DNA from: an uncultured Alphaproteobacteria bacterium
GTDB taxonomy: Bacteria; Pseudomonadota; Alphaproteobacteria; Micavibrionales; Micavibrionaceae
Direction of reading: 5' to 3'
Assembly: GCA_963977495.1 (NCBI GenBank)
Contig: CAXBOT010000001.1
Location: 801,264 to 865,263 of the forward strand
Length of the DNA: 64,000 bases
Position 1 is the stretch's first letter. Every line of letters begins with the position of its first letter. A model generated the notes under the pieces. It was not told where the DNA came from, ran no database searches, and saw nothing but the letters and a program-made list of their open reading frames with translations. Positions 1 to 9,271 of the stretch are shown here, one piece after another. The position numbers were made by a program, and so were the translations under genes.

Positions 1-1
1 C

Positions 2-613
2 ATCAGAAATTTCCCTGATTATTACGGCTATTATTCAGAAAAAGAATTCAAATATAGCGGCATAAGCCAACCAAACCGCAACCCTTTATTACAGGCCAAT
101 ATCGGCGCGGATGGTATGAAAACAGGCCACACCGAAGATGGCGGCTATGGCCTCATCGGCTCGGGCTTAAGCAAAGACGGGCGCCGCGTTGTCATGGTTT
201 TAAACGGCATGAGCAGCAAAGCCGAACGCAAGAATGAAGGCAGACGTTTATTGCAATGGGGCTTGAACGGTTTCAAAACGGTTTCCCTGTTTAAGGATGA
301 AAAAATCCTTGGTGAAGCGCCTGTTTATCTTGGTATAAATACGCAAGTCCCTCTGCAAGCAAAAGAAGCTGTGCAGTTTGTCGTCCCTAAAATTTTCTCC
401 CGCGATTTAAAAGTTGAAATCCAATATGACTCACCGCTAAAAGCCCCCATCGAAAAGGGACAAGAAGTCGGCGTTGTTAAGGTGCATATCCCCAAGGGCG
501 AAATTATAGAAGTGCCGTTGATTGCGACGCGCAATGTTGGTGAGCTTGGCTTCTTCCCAAGGCTGATACAAAAGGCGCGCTTGCTCACAACAGGGCAGGG
601 GAAGTTTAACTAA
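2..613 (+). CDS. D-alanyl-D-alanine carboxypeptidase (PBP5/6 type), C-terminal part; 5' end outside window
   Basis: Frame open from base 2 (IRNFPDYYGYY...NRNPLL...GADGMKTGHTEDGGYG); KTG box followed by C-terminal domain; TAATG overlap with next gene. Confidence 0.85.
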   Translation: MRNFPDYYGYYSEKEFKYSGISQPNRNPLLQANIGADGMKTGHTEDGGYGLIGSGLSKDGRRVVMVLNGMSSKAERKNEGRRLLQWGLNGFKTVSLFKDEKILGEAPVYLGINTQVPLQAKEAVQFVVPKIFSRDLKVEIQYDSPLKAPIEKGQEVGVVKVHIPKGEIIEVPLIATRNVGELGFFPRLIQKARLLTTGQGKFN

Positions 614-1284
614 TGGCTACTCACGAACAACGCGGCTTCTTTATCACGCTTGAGGGCGGTGAAGGATCAGGTAAAACATCGCAAATAAATCAGTTGGCGG
701 CACACCTGACAGAGCAGGGACACAAGGTTGTAACAACCCGCGAGCCCGGCGGCACGCCCGAAGCGGAAAACATTCGTGACCTGCTGGTTCAACGTGATGG
801 CGGTGACTGGAGCCCGGTGGCCGAAGTCCTTCTCATCTTCGCTGCGCGCATTATGCATATTCAAAATGTGATTCAACCTGCGCTGGATGACGGCAAGATT
901 GTTATTTGTGATCGCTTTACCGATTCCACTTTGGCATATCAGGGCTATGGCCACGGCCTCGACATTCAGAAAATCAAAGACGTTCAAACCATCACAATCG
1001 AAGATTTTGCGCCTGATTTAACGTTCATTCTGGATATTGATATCAATATCGGCTTGGAACGATCAAAAAAACGTCTGGCAGCCGATAAAGGGTACGAACA
1101 AACCGAAGATCGTTTCGAACGTCTGGATAGCGCATTCCACGAACGCTTGCGTCAGGGCTTCCTTGATATTGCGGCGCAGGATACGGCGCGCTGTCATGTT
1201 GAAGATGCCTCACAGCCGATAGAGCTTGTGTCTGAGGCTATAAAACGTATAGCCTTAGAACGGATCAAAGATATTAAAGGGTAA
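613..1284 (+). CDS. tmk: thymidylate (dTMP) kinase
   Basis: P-loop ITLEGGEGSGKTSQ, DRFTDSTLAYQGYG motif, ~220 aa, typical position upstream of holB. Confidence 0.95.
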   Translation: MATHEQRGFFITLEGGEGSGKTSQINQLAAHLTEQGHKVVTTREPGGTPEAENIRDLLVQRDGGDWSPVAEVLLIFAARIMHIQNVIQPALDDGKIVICDRFTDSTLAYQGYGHGLDIQKIKDVQTITIEDFAPDLTFILDIDINIGLERSKKRLAADKGYEQTEDRFERLDSAFHERLRQGFLDIAAQDTARCHVEDASQPIELVSEAIKRIALERIKDIKG

Positions 1285-1293
1285 TGGCATATT

Positions 1294-2454
1294 ATGAGTC
1301 TGTTTGGCGACGATGATATTCTGGTAGAGGACACAAGCGCGCAAAATGCTGCCTCTGCTATGCCCAAAATCCACGCGCCGAATGACCCGAAATCATCCCC
1401 TTTTTGCCTCGGGCATGATCATGCGGAAAAGCTCTTCATTGATCTGTACAAAAAAAACAACCTACCGCATGCCATGATTTTTTCAGGTCTGGAAGGCATT
1501 GGCAAAACCACAATGGCCTTTCGCCTTGCACGCTTTTTATTGAAACACGGTAAAGGCGGGGGCGCCGCCGCAGCCGGATTATTCGGCGAAGATTTGCCGC
1601 AGGAAATCACCTCCATGGATGTGGATGCCGACGATCCGGTCTTCCGCCGCATTGTTTCAGGCGGGCATGCAGATTTGCTCCATATTCATCGGCTCCATGA
1701 TCCCAAAAAAGACAAACAAGATGCCAATTTAAAAGTTGAAACACTGCGCAGAATAGAACCCTTCCTCAGAAAGACATCCTCCGAAGGGGGCTGGCGCGTT
1801 GTGGTTGTTGAAGATGCCGACACCATGAACAGAAACGCCCAAAACGCCATTTTAAAAATTCTGGAAGAACCACCGGCCAATGTTCTGATCATCCTGATTA
1901 CGCATCGTCCGGGTATGCTTATCCCGACCATCCATTCGCGCGCGCGCATGGTTCCGTTTTTACCACTGAATGTTGATATCATGGATGATCTGCTGCATAA
2001 GCAAGGCTATAGCGTCTCCACCGAGGACATGGAAACATTATGCGCTCTATCAGAGGGCAGTGTCGGCGCAGCATTGAAATATCTGGAAAATGACGGGCTG
2101 GATATGCTCAAAGATATTATGGCTCACATTGCCTTTGCCGCCAGCGCGCAGCCCCATAAAATCCATGCCTTCGCCGCAACCTTATCCGCCCCATCACAAG
2201 ATAAACAATACCGCATGTTCTGCGATATCATACAGCGCGTATTACGCACATTGGTCTTTATAAAGGCACGCGGGCAGAGCGCGATACCGGCGCATCTGGA
2301 CACTGAAATCATACGCAATATGATGGATGATTATTCACTGGAACGCCTTCTTGGAACATCCGATGCCTTGAAAACTCATTTTCAGCGCGTTGAATTTTCA
2401 AATCTTGATCGCCGTGATGCTGTACGTTCTGCTTTTCTTATGATAAGTCAATAA
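1294..2454 (+). CDS. holB: DNA polymerase III subunit delta'
   Basis: AAA+ motifs GLEGIGKTTMAFRLARFLL and VVVVEDADTMNRNAQNAILKILEEPP; tmk-holB-metG synteny. Confidence 0.9.
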   Translation: MSLFGDDDILVEDTSAQNAASAMPKIHAPNDPKSSPFCLGHDHAEKLFIDLYKKNNLPHAMIFSGLEGIGKTTMAFRLARFLLKHGKGGGAAAAGLFGEDLPQEITSMDVDADDPVFRRIVSGGHADLLHIHRLHDPKKDKQDANLKVETLRRIEPFLRKTSSEGGWRVVVVEDADTMNRNAQNAILKILEEPPANVLIILITHRPGMLIPTIHSRARMVPFLPLNVDIMDDLLHKQGYSVSTEDMETLCALSEGSVGAALKYLENDGLDMLKDIMAHIAFAASAQPHKIHAFAATLSAPSQDKQYRMFCDIIQRVLRTLVFIKARGQSAIPAHLDTEIIRNMMDDYSLERLLGTSDALKTHFQRVEFSNLDRRDAVRSAFLMISQ

Positions 2455-2482
2455 CAAGCCACGCGTTTCAGGAGCAAAAGAT

Positions 2483-4048
2483 TTGAGTTCAAAAACCCCT
2501 TTTTATATCACAACAGCAATTTCATACGTCAATGGCGTGCCACATTTGGGGCATGCCTATGAATCAATCCTGACGGATGTTCTTGCGCGTTTCAAACGTT
2601 TGGACGGGTATGATGTTAAATTTCTGACCGGAACAGATGAGCACGGCGAAAAAGTCGCGCAGACTGCAGAAACAAACGGCATGGCGCCGAAGGACTTCGC
2701 CGACCAAAATGCCCACATCTTTGAAGAAATGACCAAGAAGCTCGGCATTTCCAATGATGACTTTATCCGCACAACGCAAGAGCGTCACTATACCGCCTCG
2801 CAAGCCATGTGGGAAAAGCTGAAAGATAACGGCGACATTTATCTGGGACAGTATGAGGGCTGGTACTCCGTTCGGGAGGAAGCCTATTTCACGGAAGATG
2901 AACTCACAACCGCCGATGACGGAGAGAAATACACACCGCTGGGGACAGAGGTTAAGTGGGTGGAGGAAGAAAGCTATTTCTTCAAACTGTCATCCTATAC
3001 TGACCGCTTGATTGATTACTATTCCGCCAATTTAGATGCCGTACAGCCCGCATCGCGCATGAATGAAATTATGAGTTTTCTAAAGCAAGAGGGCGGATTG
3101 AGCGATCTTTCAATCTCACGCCATAAAAGCCGCCTTCAATGGGGTATTCCTGTGCCTAATGATGACAACCATGTCATGTATGTTTGGCTGGATGCACTGA
3201 CCAACTATATCACCGCAATCGGCTATCCTGACGAAGACACGGATGATTTCAAAAAATTCTGGCCTGCCAATTACCATGTGATCGGCAAGGATATCACGCG
3301 CTTTCACGCCATTTACTGGCCAGCCTTTTTAATGGCGGCGCATTTGCCGTTGCCCGATACTATTTTTGCGCATGGCTTTATCAATGTTGGCGGCGCGAAG
3401 ATGTCAAAATCTGTCGGTAATGTTCTATCGCCCGATGATCTGGTCGACACATACGGTCTGGATCAAATTCGTTACTTCCTCATGCGTGAAGTCGCGCATG
3501 GTAATGACGGAAATTTCTCGCACGAGCAAGCCGTACAGCGGATCAACGCCGATCTTGCCAATGGTCTTGGAAATTTGGCGCAGCGCACGCTCTCAATGAT
3601 TTATAAAAATTGCGAGGCAGCAATCCCCGCGCCCAACGCGTTAAACGAAGATGATGAAGCGTTGCTACGCAAGGCTTACGTTCTGGTTGAACATGCGCGC
3701 CAGCCCTTTGACGAGATGAAAATCAACCGCGCCCTTGAACATATATGGAGCGTCGTCAGCGATTGTGATGTCTATATTGACGCCCAAGCGCCATGGGCAT
3801 TAAAACGCACAGACATTGAACGCATGAAAACCGTTTTATACGTTCTCGCAGAGGTCATAAGATGCCTCGCCATTATCGTGCAACCCGTTGTGCCGCACTG
3901 CGCGCCCAAAATTCTGGATCAAATGAAAATAACGGAATCAGAGCGTATGTTCGCCCATATTGCAAAAGAGTACGCCTTAAAAAGCGGTGTAGAAATCGAC
4001 AAACCCGAAGGCGTGTTCCCCCGCATCGTTGAAGAAGAGGCCGCATAA
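2483..4048 (+). CDS. metG: methionine--tRNA ligase (short form)
   Basis: TTG start 8 nt after CAGGAGC; class I motifs PHLGHAYE (HIGH) and KMSKS; 521 aa. Confidence 0.95.
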   Translation: MSSKTPFYITTAISYVNGVPHLGHAYESILTDVLARFKRLDGYDVKFLTGTDEHGEKVAQTAETNGMAPKDFADQNAHIFEEMTKKLGISNDDFIRTTQERHYTASQAMWEKLKDNGDIYLGQYEGWYSVREEAYFTEDELTTADDGEKYTPLGTEVKWVEEESYFFKLSSYTDRLIDYYSANLDAVQPASRMNEIMSFLKQEGGLSDLSISRHKSRLQWGIPVPNDDNHVMYVWLDALTNYITAIGYPDEDTDDFKKFWPANYHVIGKDITRFHAIYWPAFLMAAHLPLPDTIFAHGFINVGGAKMSKSVGNVLSPDDLVDTYGLDQIRYFLMREVAHGNDGNFSHEQAVQRINADLANGLGNLAQRTLSMIYKNCEAAIPAPNALNEDDEALLRKAYVLVEHARQPFDEMKINRALEHIWSVVSDCDVYIDAQAPWALKRTDIERMKTVLYVLAEVIRCLAIIVQPVVPHCAPKILDQMKITESERMFAHIAKEYALKSGVEIDKPEGVFPRIVEEEAA

Positions 4049-4103
4049 ATGACGCTTTATCTGCCGATGATCACTCTGACACAAACAATAACAGGCGGGC
4101 TTT

Positions 4104-4901
4104 ATGTGGATTGATTCCCATTGCCATCTTAATCATTCCGGCATTCAGGAAAAAGGCGATCCTGATGCGATCATCGCGGCAGCCAAGCAGAGCGGTGTTG
4201 ATGGCATGGTGACCATTTGTTGCCGCATGTCCGAAGAAATTGACACGCTGCTTGAGATTACAAACACCCATGACAATGTCTGGTGTAGTATCGGCACACA
4301 CCCCCATGACGCAGGCTTAGACGCGGAGAAGGCCTTCTCTCAGGGGCGCATTGCAGAACTGGCGCGCGCCAATGATAATGTCATCGCCATTGGCGAAACA
4401 GGGCTGGATTATTTTTACGACAATTCCCCAAGACCCGATCAACAGGATTCATTTCGCAAACATATCCGCGCCTGTATTGAAACCGATCTGCCCATGGTCG
4501 TGCACACACGCGACGCCGAACAAGACACCGCCGCCATTATGAAGGAGGAGGGACAGGGCACGAACCTGTCCGGTGTCATGCATTGTTTCAGCTCGTCACA
4601 ATGGCTGGCAGAGCAGGCACTTGATATGGGGTTTTATGTTTCCTTTTCCGGCATCGTCACATTCAAAAAGGCCGATGAACTGCGCGCAACGGCAAAGATT
4701 GTTCCCCTTGATAAAGTGCTCGTGGAAACCGACGCGCCGTTTTTAGCGCCCATGCCCCATCGCGGCAAAACCAATGAGCCGGCCTATGTCGCGCAGACGG
4801 GGGCGTTCCTCGCCGATCTTTATGGGCTGGAGGTTGAAGAGTTTGCCAAAATAACCACTGATAATTTCTTCCGATTGTTTAAAAAGGCGAAAACTATATG
4901 A
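4104..4901 (+). CDS. tatD: TatD-family metal-dependent DNase/hydrolase
   Basis: MWIDSHCHL, HTRDA, ETDAPFLAP motifs; 265 aa. Confidence 0.9.
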   Translation: MWIDSHCHLNHSGIQEKGDPDAIIAAAKQSGVDGMVTICCRMSEEIDTLLEITNTHDNVWCSIGTHPHDAGLDAEKAFSQGRIAELARANDNVIAIGETGLDYFYDNSPRPDQQDSFRKHIRACIETDLPMVVHTRDAEQDTAAIMKEEGQGTNLSGVMHCFSSSQWLAEQALDMGFYVSFSGIVTFKKADELRATAKIVPLDKVLVETDAPFLAPMPHRGKTNEPAYVAQTGAFLADLYGLEVEEFAKITTDNFFRLFKKAKTI

Positions 4902-5695
4902 GCCTAAAACTCACAATACTTGGTTGCGGTAATTCTTCGGGCGTTCCGTCCGTTGGAAATTATTGGGGAAATTGTGATCCGAAGGAGCCGAAAAACAGGC
5001 GCTTCAAATGCTCCCTCGCGGTACAATCAGAGGACACAACCATCGTCATTGATACAGGCGCGGATTTCCGAAGCCAAATCAATATGTTTAATATCCCCCA
5101 GCTTGACGGCGTATTTTACACGCACGAACATAGCGACCACTGCCACGGTATCGATGATTTAAGACCATTTTTCTTCAGAAACGGGCGCAATCCCATTCCT
5201 TGTTACGGGCGTGATAACACCCTTACCGATCTGGAAAAGCGTTTTACTTACTTGTTCGAAGGCGGCAATCACGATTATTTCTACCCCGTCATCCTGCAGG
5301 CAAACAAATTCACCCCCGATCAATACACCAAGCCGCAACAATATCGCGATATCGAATATATCCCCTTTGAAATGGATCACGGCACATGCACATCTGTGGG
5401 CTATCGCTTTGGCGATATTTCCTATTGTGTGGATATGAAACGCCTTGATCAAACGGCGCTGGACGTCATAAAGGGCTCTAAAATATGGATCGTTGACGGC
5501 GCGGCATATGACAATCCCAATAATGATGTTCACGCGAATTTAGAGTCTTTATACGCCTATAACGAATATATTCAGGCCGAGCAGGTCTATGTGTCGTGTT
5601 TGTCATCAATGATGGACTACCAAACGCTTTTAAATGATTTGCCAAAGGGCTTCCTGCCTGCTTATGATGGTCTGGTTCTTAAAAGCACAGGATAA
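4898..5695 (+). CDS. MBL-fold metallo-hydrolase (PhnP/GPDQ-like)
   Basis: HEHSDHCHG (HxHxDH) motif; ATGA overlap with tatD stop. Confidence 0.85.
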   Translation: MSLKLTILGCGNSSGVPSVGNYWGNCDPKEPKNRRFKCSLAVQSEDTTIVIDTGADFRSQINMFNIPQLDGVFYTHEHSDHCHGIDDLRPFFFRNGRNPIPCYGRDNTLTDLEKRFTYLFEGGNHDYFYPVILQANKFTPDQYTKPQQYRDIEYIPFEMDHGTCTSVGYRFGDISYCVDMKRLDQTALDVIKGSKIWIVDGAAYDNPNNDVHANLESLYAYNEYIQAEQVYVSCLSSMMDYQTLLNDLPKGFLPAYDGLVLKSTG

Positions 5696-5710
5696 GCCAA
5701 AAGTTAAAGT

Positions 5711-8700
5711 ATGCTTGTAAAAAACGCCATCAAGCCATTGATTTTAACAGCAATATTCACATCAATATTATGTGCGTATTTCTGGACAACCTCACGATAT
5801 CCCGAATTATCTGCAAAAGCCGTCATTGGGAATAACTCACCTTTGGCGAATTTAGGGTTCGCCCCCATCATTAATGTGGATGAAAGCTTCACTTTTTGGC
5901 AAAAAGTTATGGCTGAAACACTCAATTGGATTGATACCAATAAAAAGGGGATGAGCTTTGCCTTTTTCATGGGCGCTTGTTTCCTGACGTTTTTACCGCT
6001 TATTAGGCGCAAAACCTTTAAACGCGGCTTCAGCAACAGCTTGTTCGGCATGGCCTTGGGCGCGCCTTTGGGTGTTTGCGTGAATTGCGCCGCCCCCATT
6101 GCGCGTGCGCTCCACGCGGCAGGCAGCAGCCTCCAAACTTCCTTATCCGCTTTAATCGCCTCACCGACGCTTAATGTCGTGGTTCTGGTGATGGCATTTT
6201 CAATGTTTCCGCTCTATCTGGTGGCTATAAAACTCATACTCACATTATGTTTTATTCTCATTATCATTCCGCTGGCGTGCCATTTCCTGTTTAAGGAGGA
6301 GGGCGCGCGGCAAAACCAAAGCGACTATTGTGAAATTGAAACCGTTATCAATCAACGCTTAAACGACACACAAAACACATGGATAGGGGCGGCGTCATGG
6401 TTTGTGCGTACCTATATCAAGAATTTCTTCTATCTTTTGAAAATCGCCTTACCCTTTATGTTTTTGGCAGGTTTTCTGGGGGCATTATTCACGACGATTA
6501 TGCCGTGGGAGGCCATCCAATCCCTTGATGACACAGATTTATCCCCCCTGACCATCTTTGGCATAATGGCCGGATTATCGTTTTTCGGCGCGCTTCTACC
6601 TTCACCGATGGCCTTTGATATCATCTTATCTTCTGCCTTATTACAAGCCGGTGTACCCATACAATATGTCGCTGTCTTTTTGTTTACCCTCGGATCGTTC
6701 AGCATTTATGCCTTTTTTATCATCTGGCGTTCAGTTTCCCTGCGCGTGGCTTCATTCCTGTTTGTCACAGCCGCCCTGTTGGGAATGGTTGCAGGATTGC
6801 TCTGCATCTATTTCGAAAACATCGCCGTATCGCAAGCCTACGAAACCGCACAAACCATTGATAATGCGGAAATAAAAGACCCCGCAAGCACAATCATTAT
6901 TGCCAATGAAGACAACCAGTTTGATCCCATCATCCCGCGCACCGATAAGGCCTATCATTTTGAAGAAATCGTCCCAATTCTCGCGCAAAACAAAAGAACG
7001 GCGCAGCCGCTGCCGATGGATGCCATTGAAAGCAAGCCTGATAATGTGACGGTAGAGCGCATTGCCAACAGCGCCCAATCCCTGAACATTGACGCAAAGC
7101 CGTTTTCATATCTTCAAGGCGATGTAATAGGGGTGGAGCAACCACATAGCGTATCTTACGTCACAGGCATTTCGGATTACGTCGCCAGAGGCACAATGTC
7201 TGTGGCCGTTGCCGATGTGCATAATGATGGCTGGCCTGATCTTTTGCTTATGGGCGATCACGAAATAACGCCGAACCTAATCCTATACGCCAATATCGAC
7301 GGCAAACGGTTTATGCGCCAAGAGATCCCTCTACCCAAAGATACGCAAGAGGCGATATCCGTCGCACTGATCGACCTCAATGGCGATGGCTGGAAAGATA
7401 TCGTCTTTTCAACCCACGGCGGAAAAAATTATATCATTTACAATGAAAAGGGCGCCTTTACAGACCGTAATCTGACTATGTTGTCATCACATAGCGGCAT
7501 GACGATGAGCATGTCCTTTGCCGATATTGATTTGGATGGTGATTTGGATATTTTCTTTGGTAATTGGAGCGTCGGGCCGTCTTTCATCGACGCACCAAAA
7601 TCAAAAAACATCATTTTAAAACAAGAGGATAATGGAGAATTCAAAGAATTCTCACTCCCCGGATTGAGCGGGGAAACGCTGACCAGTCTGTTCACTGATT
7701 TCAATCAAGACGGCTATCCTGACTTATATATTGGCAATGATTATTTACGCGGCACACAGTCCGATTTGGTGTTATTTAACGATAAAAGCGGCAATTTTGT
7801 CATTCCCCCGCATGATGCCGTCAAAACACTTTTGGGTGGTCAAACTACGATGAGTATCGATAGCGGCGATATTGATAACGACCTAAAACCTGATTATTAC
7901 ATCGGGCAAATTGCCTATACGGGACAATATATGCACTCTATGTCGAAAATTGCGGATAAACAAATCCCGTATCAGGATTATTGCACACGCCCCGAAAACG
8001 CCGGAAATAAAGGGTGTAGCGCAGAAATGGCGCTCAAATTATCCTTGGCCAAAGGCGCAAATTACATCAGCGATGCCTGCCAAGGGCTAGAGCACGATAT
8101 TGATAAGGCCAAATGCCTGCGTCACCTGATGGGCTATAAATATTTTTGCAGCACGCGGCGCATGTTTTCCAACGCGACCCATTTTAAGAACAAAGCCTCC
8201 ACGCGCTATCAAAGCTTTTGTGACGGTATGGGCGCGGCCGCAGATCATGCGAAAAAATCCGCGGGCGATTACGACTTTAACGGTCATTTGAACGTGTCGA
8301 ATGATTCGCTACATAACGTTTTATTACATAACACCGAAAACGGAGCAGGGGGCACGTCTTTATTCACTGACGAAGCCAACCAACGCGGCGTTGGATATGG
8401 TGCATGGACATGGAATGCACGCTTTGCCGATCTGGATAATGATGGCTGGCAAGACCTTTATGTCGCCAACGGCTTCTCGCTGCCTATGACGTTATCGACA
8501 AACTTATACTATAGAAACGATGGTCACGGCGCGTTTCAGGACGAAACCACACCATACGGCTTTGAAAACTACACACCGACAAGCGCATTCAGCTTTGCCG
8601 ATTTGGATAATGACGGTGATTTAGATCTGGTGAACGTGCCAAACGATGCCCCTATTCATTTTTACATAAACAATACGGATCGTTTATCTGTCGAATTTTC

Positions 8701-8971
8701 GTTGCGTGATTTGCAATCATCCAATACGGACGCTCTGGGCGCGCATATTACCATTGCGTACAAACTTGAAGGATCAGAGCAAACGTTACACCAATACAGC
8801 ACCATCAAAGGCAGTGGCGGTTTTCGTTCCTTTAATCAACCAATCGCACATTTTGGCCTGAATAACGCACCAGAGATCACGCAAATTAAGATTCAGTGGC
8901 CTGATGGACAGATACAGACATTACAGGGTCATTTTAAATCCGGTTATAAATATCTGATCACGCGCACGTAA
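5711..8971 (+). CDS. fusion protein: N-terminal polytopic permease (ArsP/DUF318-like, CVNCAAP motif) + FG-GAP/VCBS beta-propeller repeats + C-terminal ASPIC/UnbV domain (CRTAC1-like)
   Basis: ~370 aa with multiple TM helices and GAPLGVCVNCAAPIARAL. Then seven D-x-[DN]-x-D-G-x-x-D repeats (DVHNDGWPDLLL, DLNGDGWKDIVF, DIDLDGDLDIFFGN, DFNQDGYPDLYIGND, DLDNDGWQDLYVANG, DLDNDGDLDLV...). Then an UnbV-like tail (GGFRSFNQPIAHFGL...IKIQWPDGQIQTL). Confidence 0.8.
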   Translation: MLVKNAIKPLILTAIFTSILCAYFWTTSRYPELSAKAVIGNNSPLANLGFAPIINVDESFTFWQKVMAETLNWIDTNKKGMSFAFFMGACFLTFLPLIRRKTFKRGFSNSLFGMALGAPLGVCVNCAAPIARALHAAGSSLQTSLSALIASPTLNVVVLVMAFSMFPLYLVAIKLILTLCFILIIIPLACHFLFKEEGARQNQSDYCEIETVINQRLNDTQNTWIGAASWFVRTYIKNFFYLLKIALPFMFLAGFLGALFTTIMPWEAIQSLDDTDLSPLTIFGIMAGLSFFGALLPSPMAFDIILSSALLQAGVPIQYVAVFLFTLGSFSIYAFFIIWRSVSLRVASFLFVTAALLGMVAGLLCIYFENIAVSQAYETAQTIDNAEIKDPASTIIIANEDNQFDPIIPRTDKAYHFEEIVPILAQNKRTAQPLPMDAIESKPDNVTVERIANSAQSLNIDAKPFSYLQGDVIGVEQPHSVSYVTGISDYVARGTMSVAVADVHNDGWPDLLLMGDHEITPNLILYANIDGKRFMRQEIPLPKDTQEAISVALIDLNGDGWKDIVFSTHGGKNYIIYNEKGAFTDRNLTMLSSHSGMTMSMSFADIDLDGDLDIFFGNWSVGPSFIDAPKSKNIILKQEDNGEFKEFSLPGLSGETLTSLFTDFNQDGYPDLYIGNDYLRGTQSDLVLFNDKSGNFVIPPHDAVKTLLGGQTTMSIDSGDIDNDLKPDYYIGQIAYTGQYMHSMSKIADKQIPYQDYCTRPENAGNKGCSAEMALKLSLAKGANYISDACQGLEHDIDKAKCLRHLMGYKYFCSTRRMFSNATHFKNKASTRYQSFCDGMGAAADHAKKSAGDYDFNGHLNVSNDSLHNVLLHNTENGAGGTSLFTDEANQRGVGYGAWTWNARFADLDNDGWQDLYVANGFSLPMTLSTNLYYRNDGHGAFQDETTPYGFENYTPTSAFSFADLDNDGDLDLVNVPNDAPIHFYINNTDRLSVEFSLRDLQSSNTDALGAHITIAYKLEGSEQTLHQYSTIKGSGGFRSFNQPIAHFGLNNAPEITQIKIQWPDGQIQTLQGHFKSGYKYLITRT

Positions 8972-9217
8972 AAACATGTATAGGCTCTATATAGCTGCGT
9001 AACCACAAGCATCGTCAGGCCGCGCAAATTAAAAAAATCACGTACAATGACACGCAGAGCGACGAGAGCGCATCTCTATAAACGTTAATAAGTCGGCTTT
9101 GATAATCGTTAACGTCATGTGCCTATATATATCCATATAAAAGCCCCCTGCTTTAGATATAATATATTATTTTCCATAATATACATTATCACACATTAGT
9201 GTGTATTAAATAGGCCC

Positions 9218-9229
9218 CTAATGTGAGCT
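9218..9229. repeat. left arm CTAATGTGAGCT of a 12-bp perfect inverted repeat bracketing the kinase-like gene
   Basis: Exact reverse complement of AGCTCACATTAG at 11476-11487; a further CACATTAG copy at 9192-9199. Confidence 0.6.
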
Positions 9230-9271
9230 AATGATACATAAATAAAAAACCTAAGGTTAATACAAAAGTTG

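Noticed and set aside
5704-6099. 131-aa minus-strand ORF overlapping the start of the permease/FG-GAP gene
   Set aside because: It is entirely antisense to a strongly supported 1086-aa CDS. The same reasoning rejects the other antisense or out-of-frame ORFs nested in metG, mscK, narK, narG (e.g. 45368-45856), narH (48431-48874, 48448-48834), nrdD, moaC/B and hmp.
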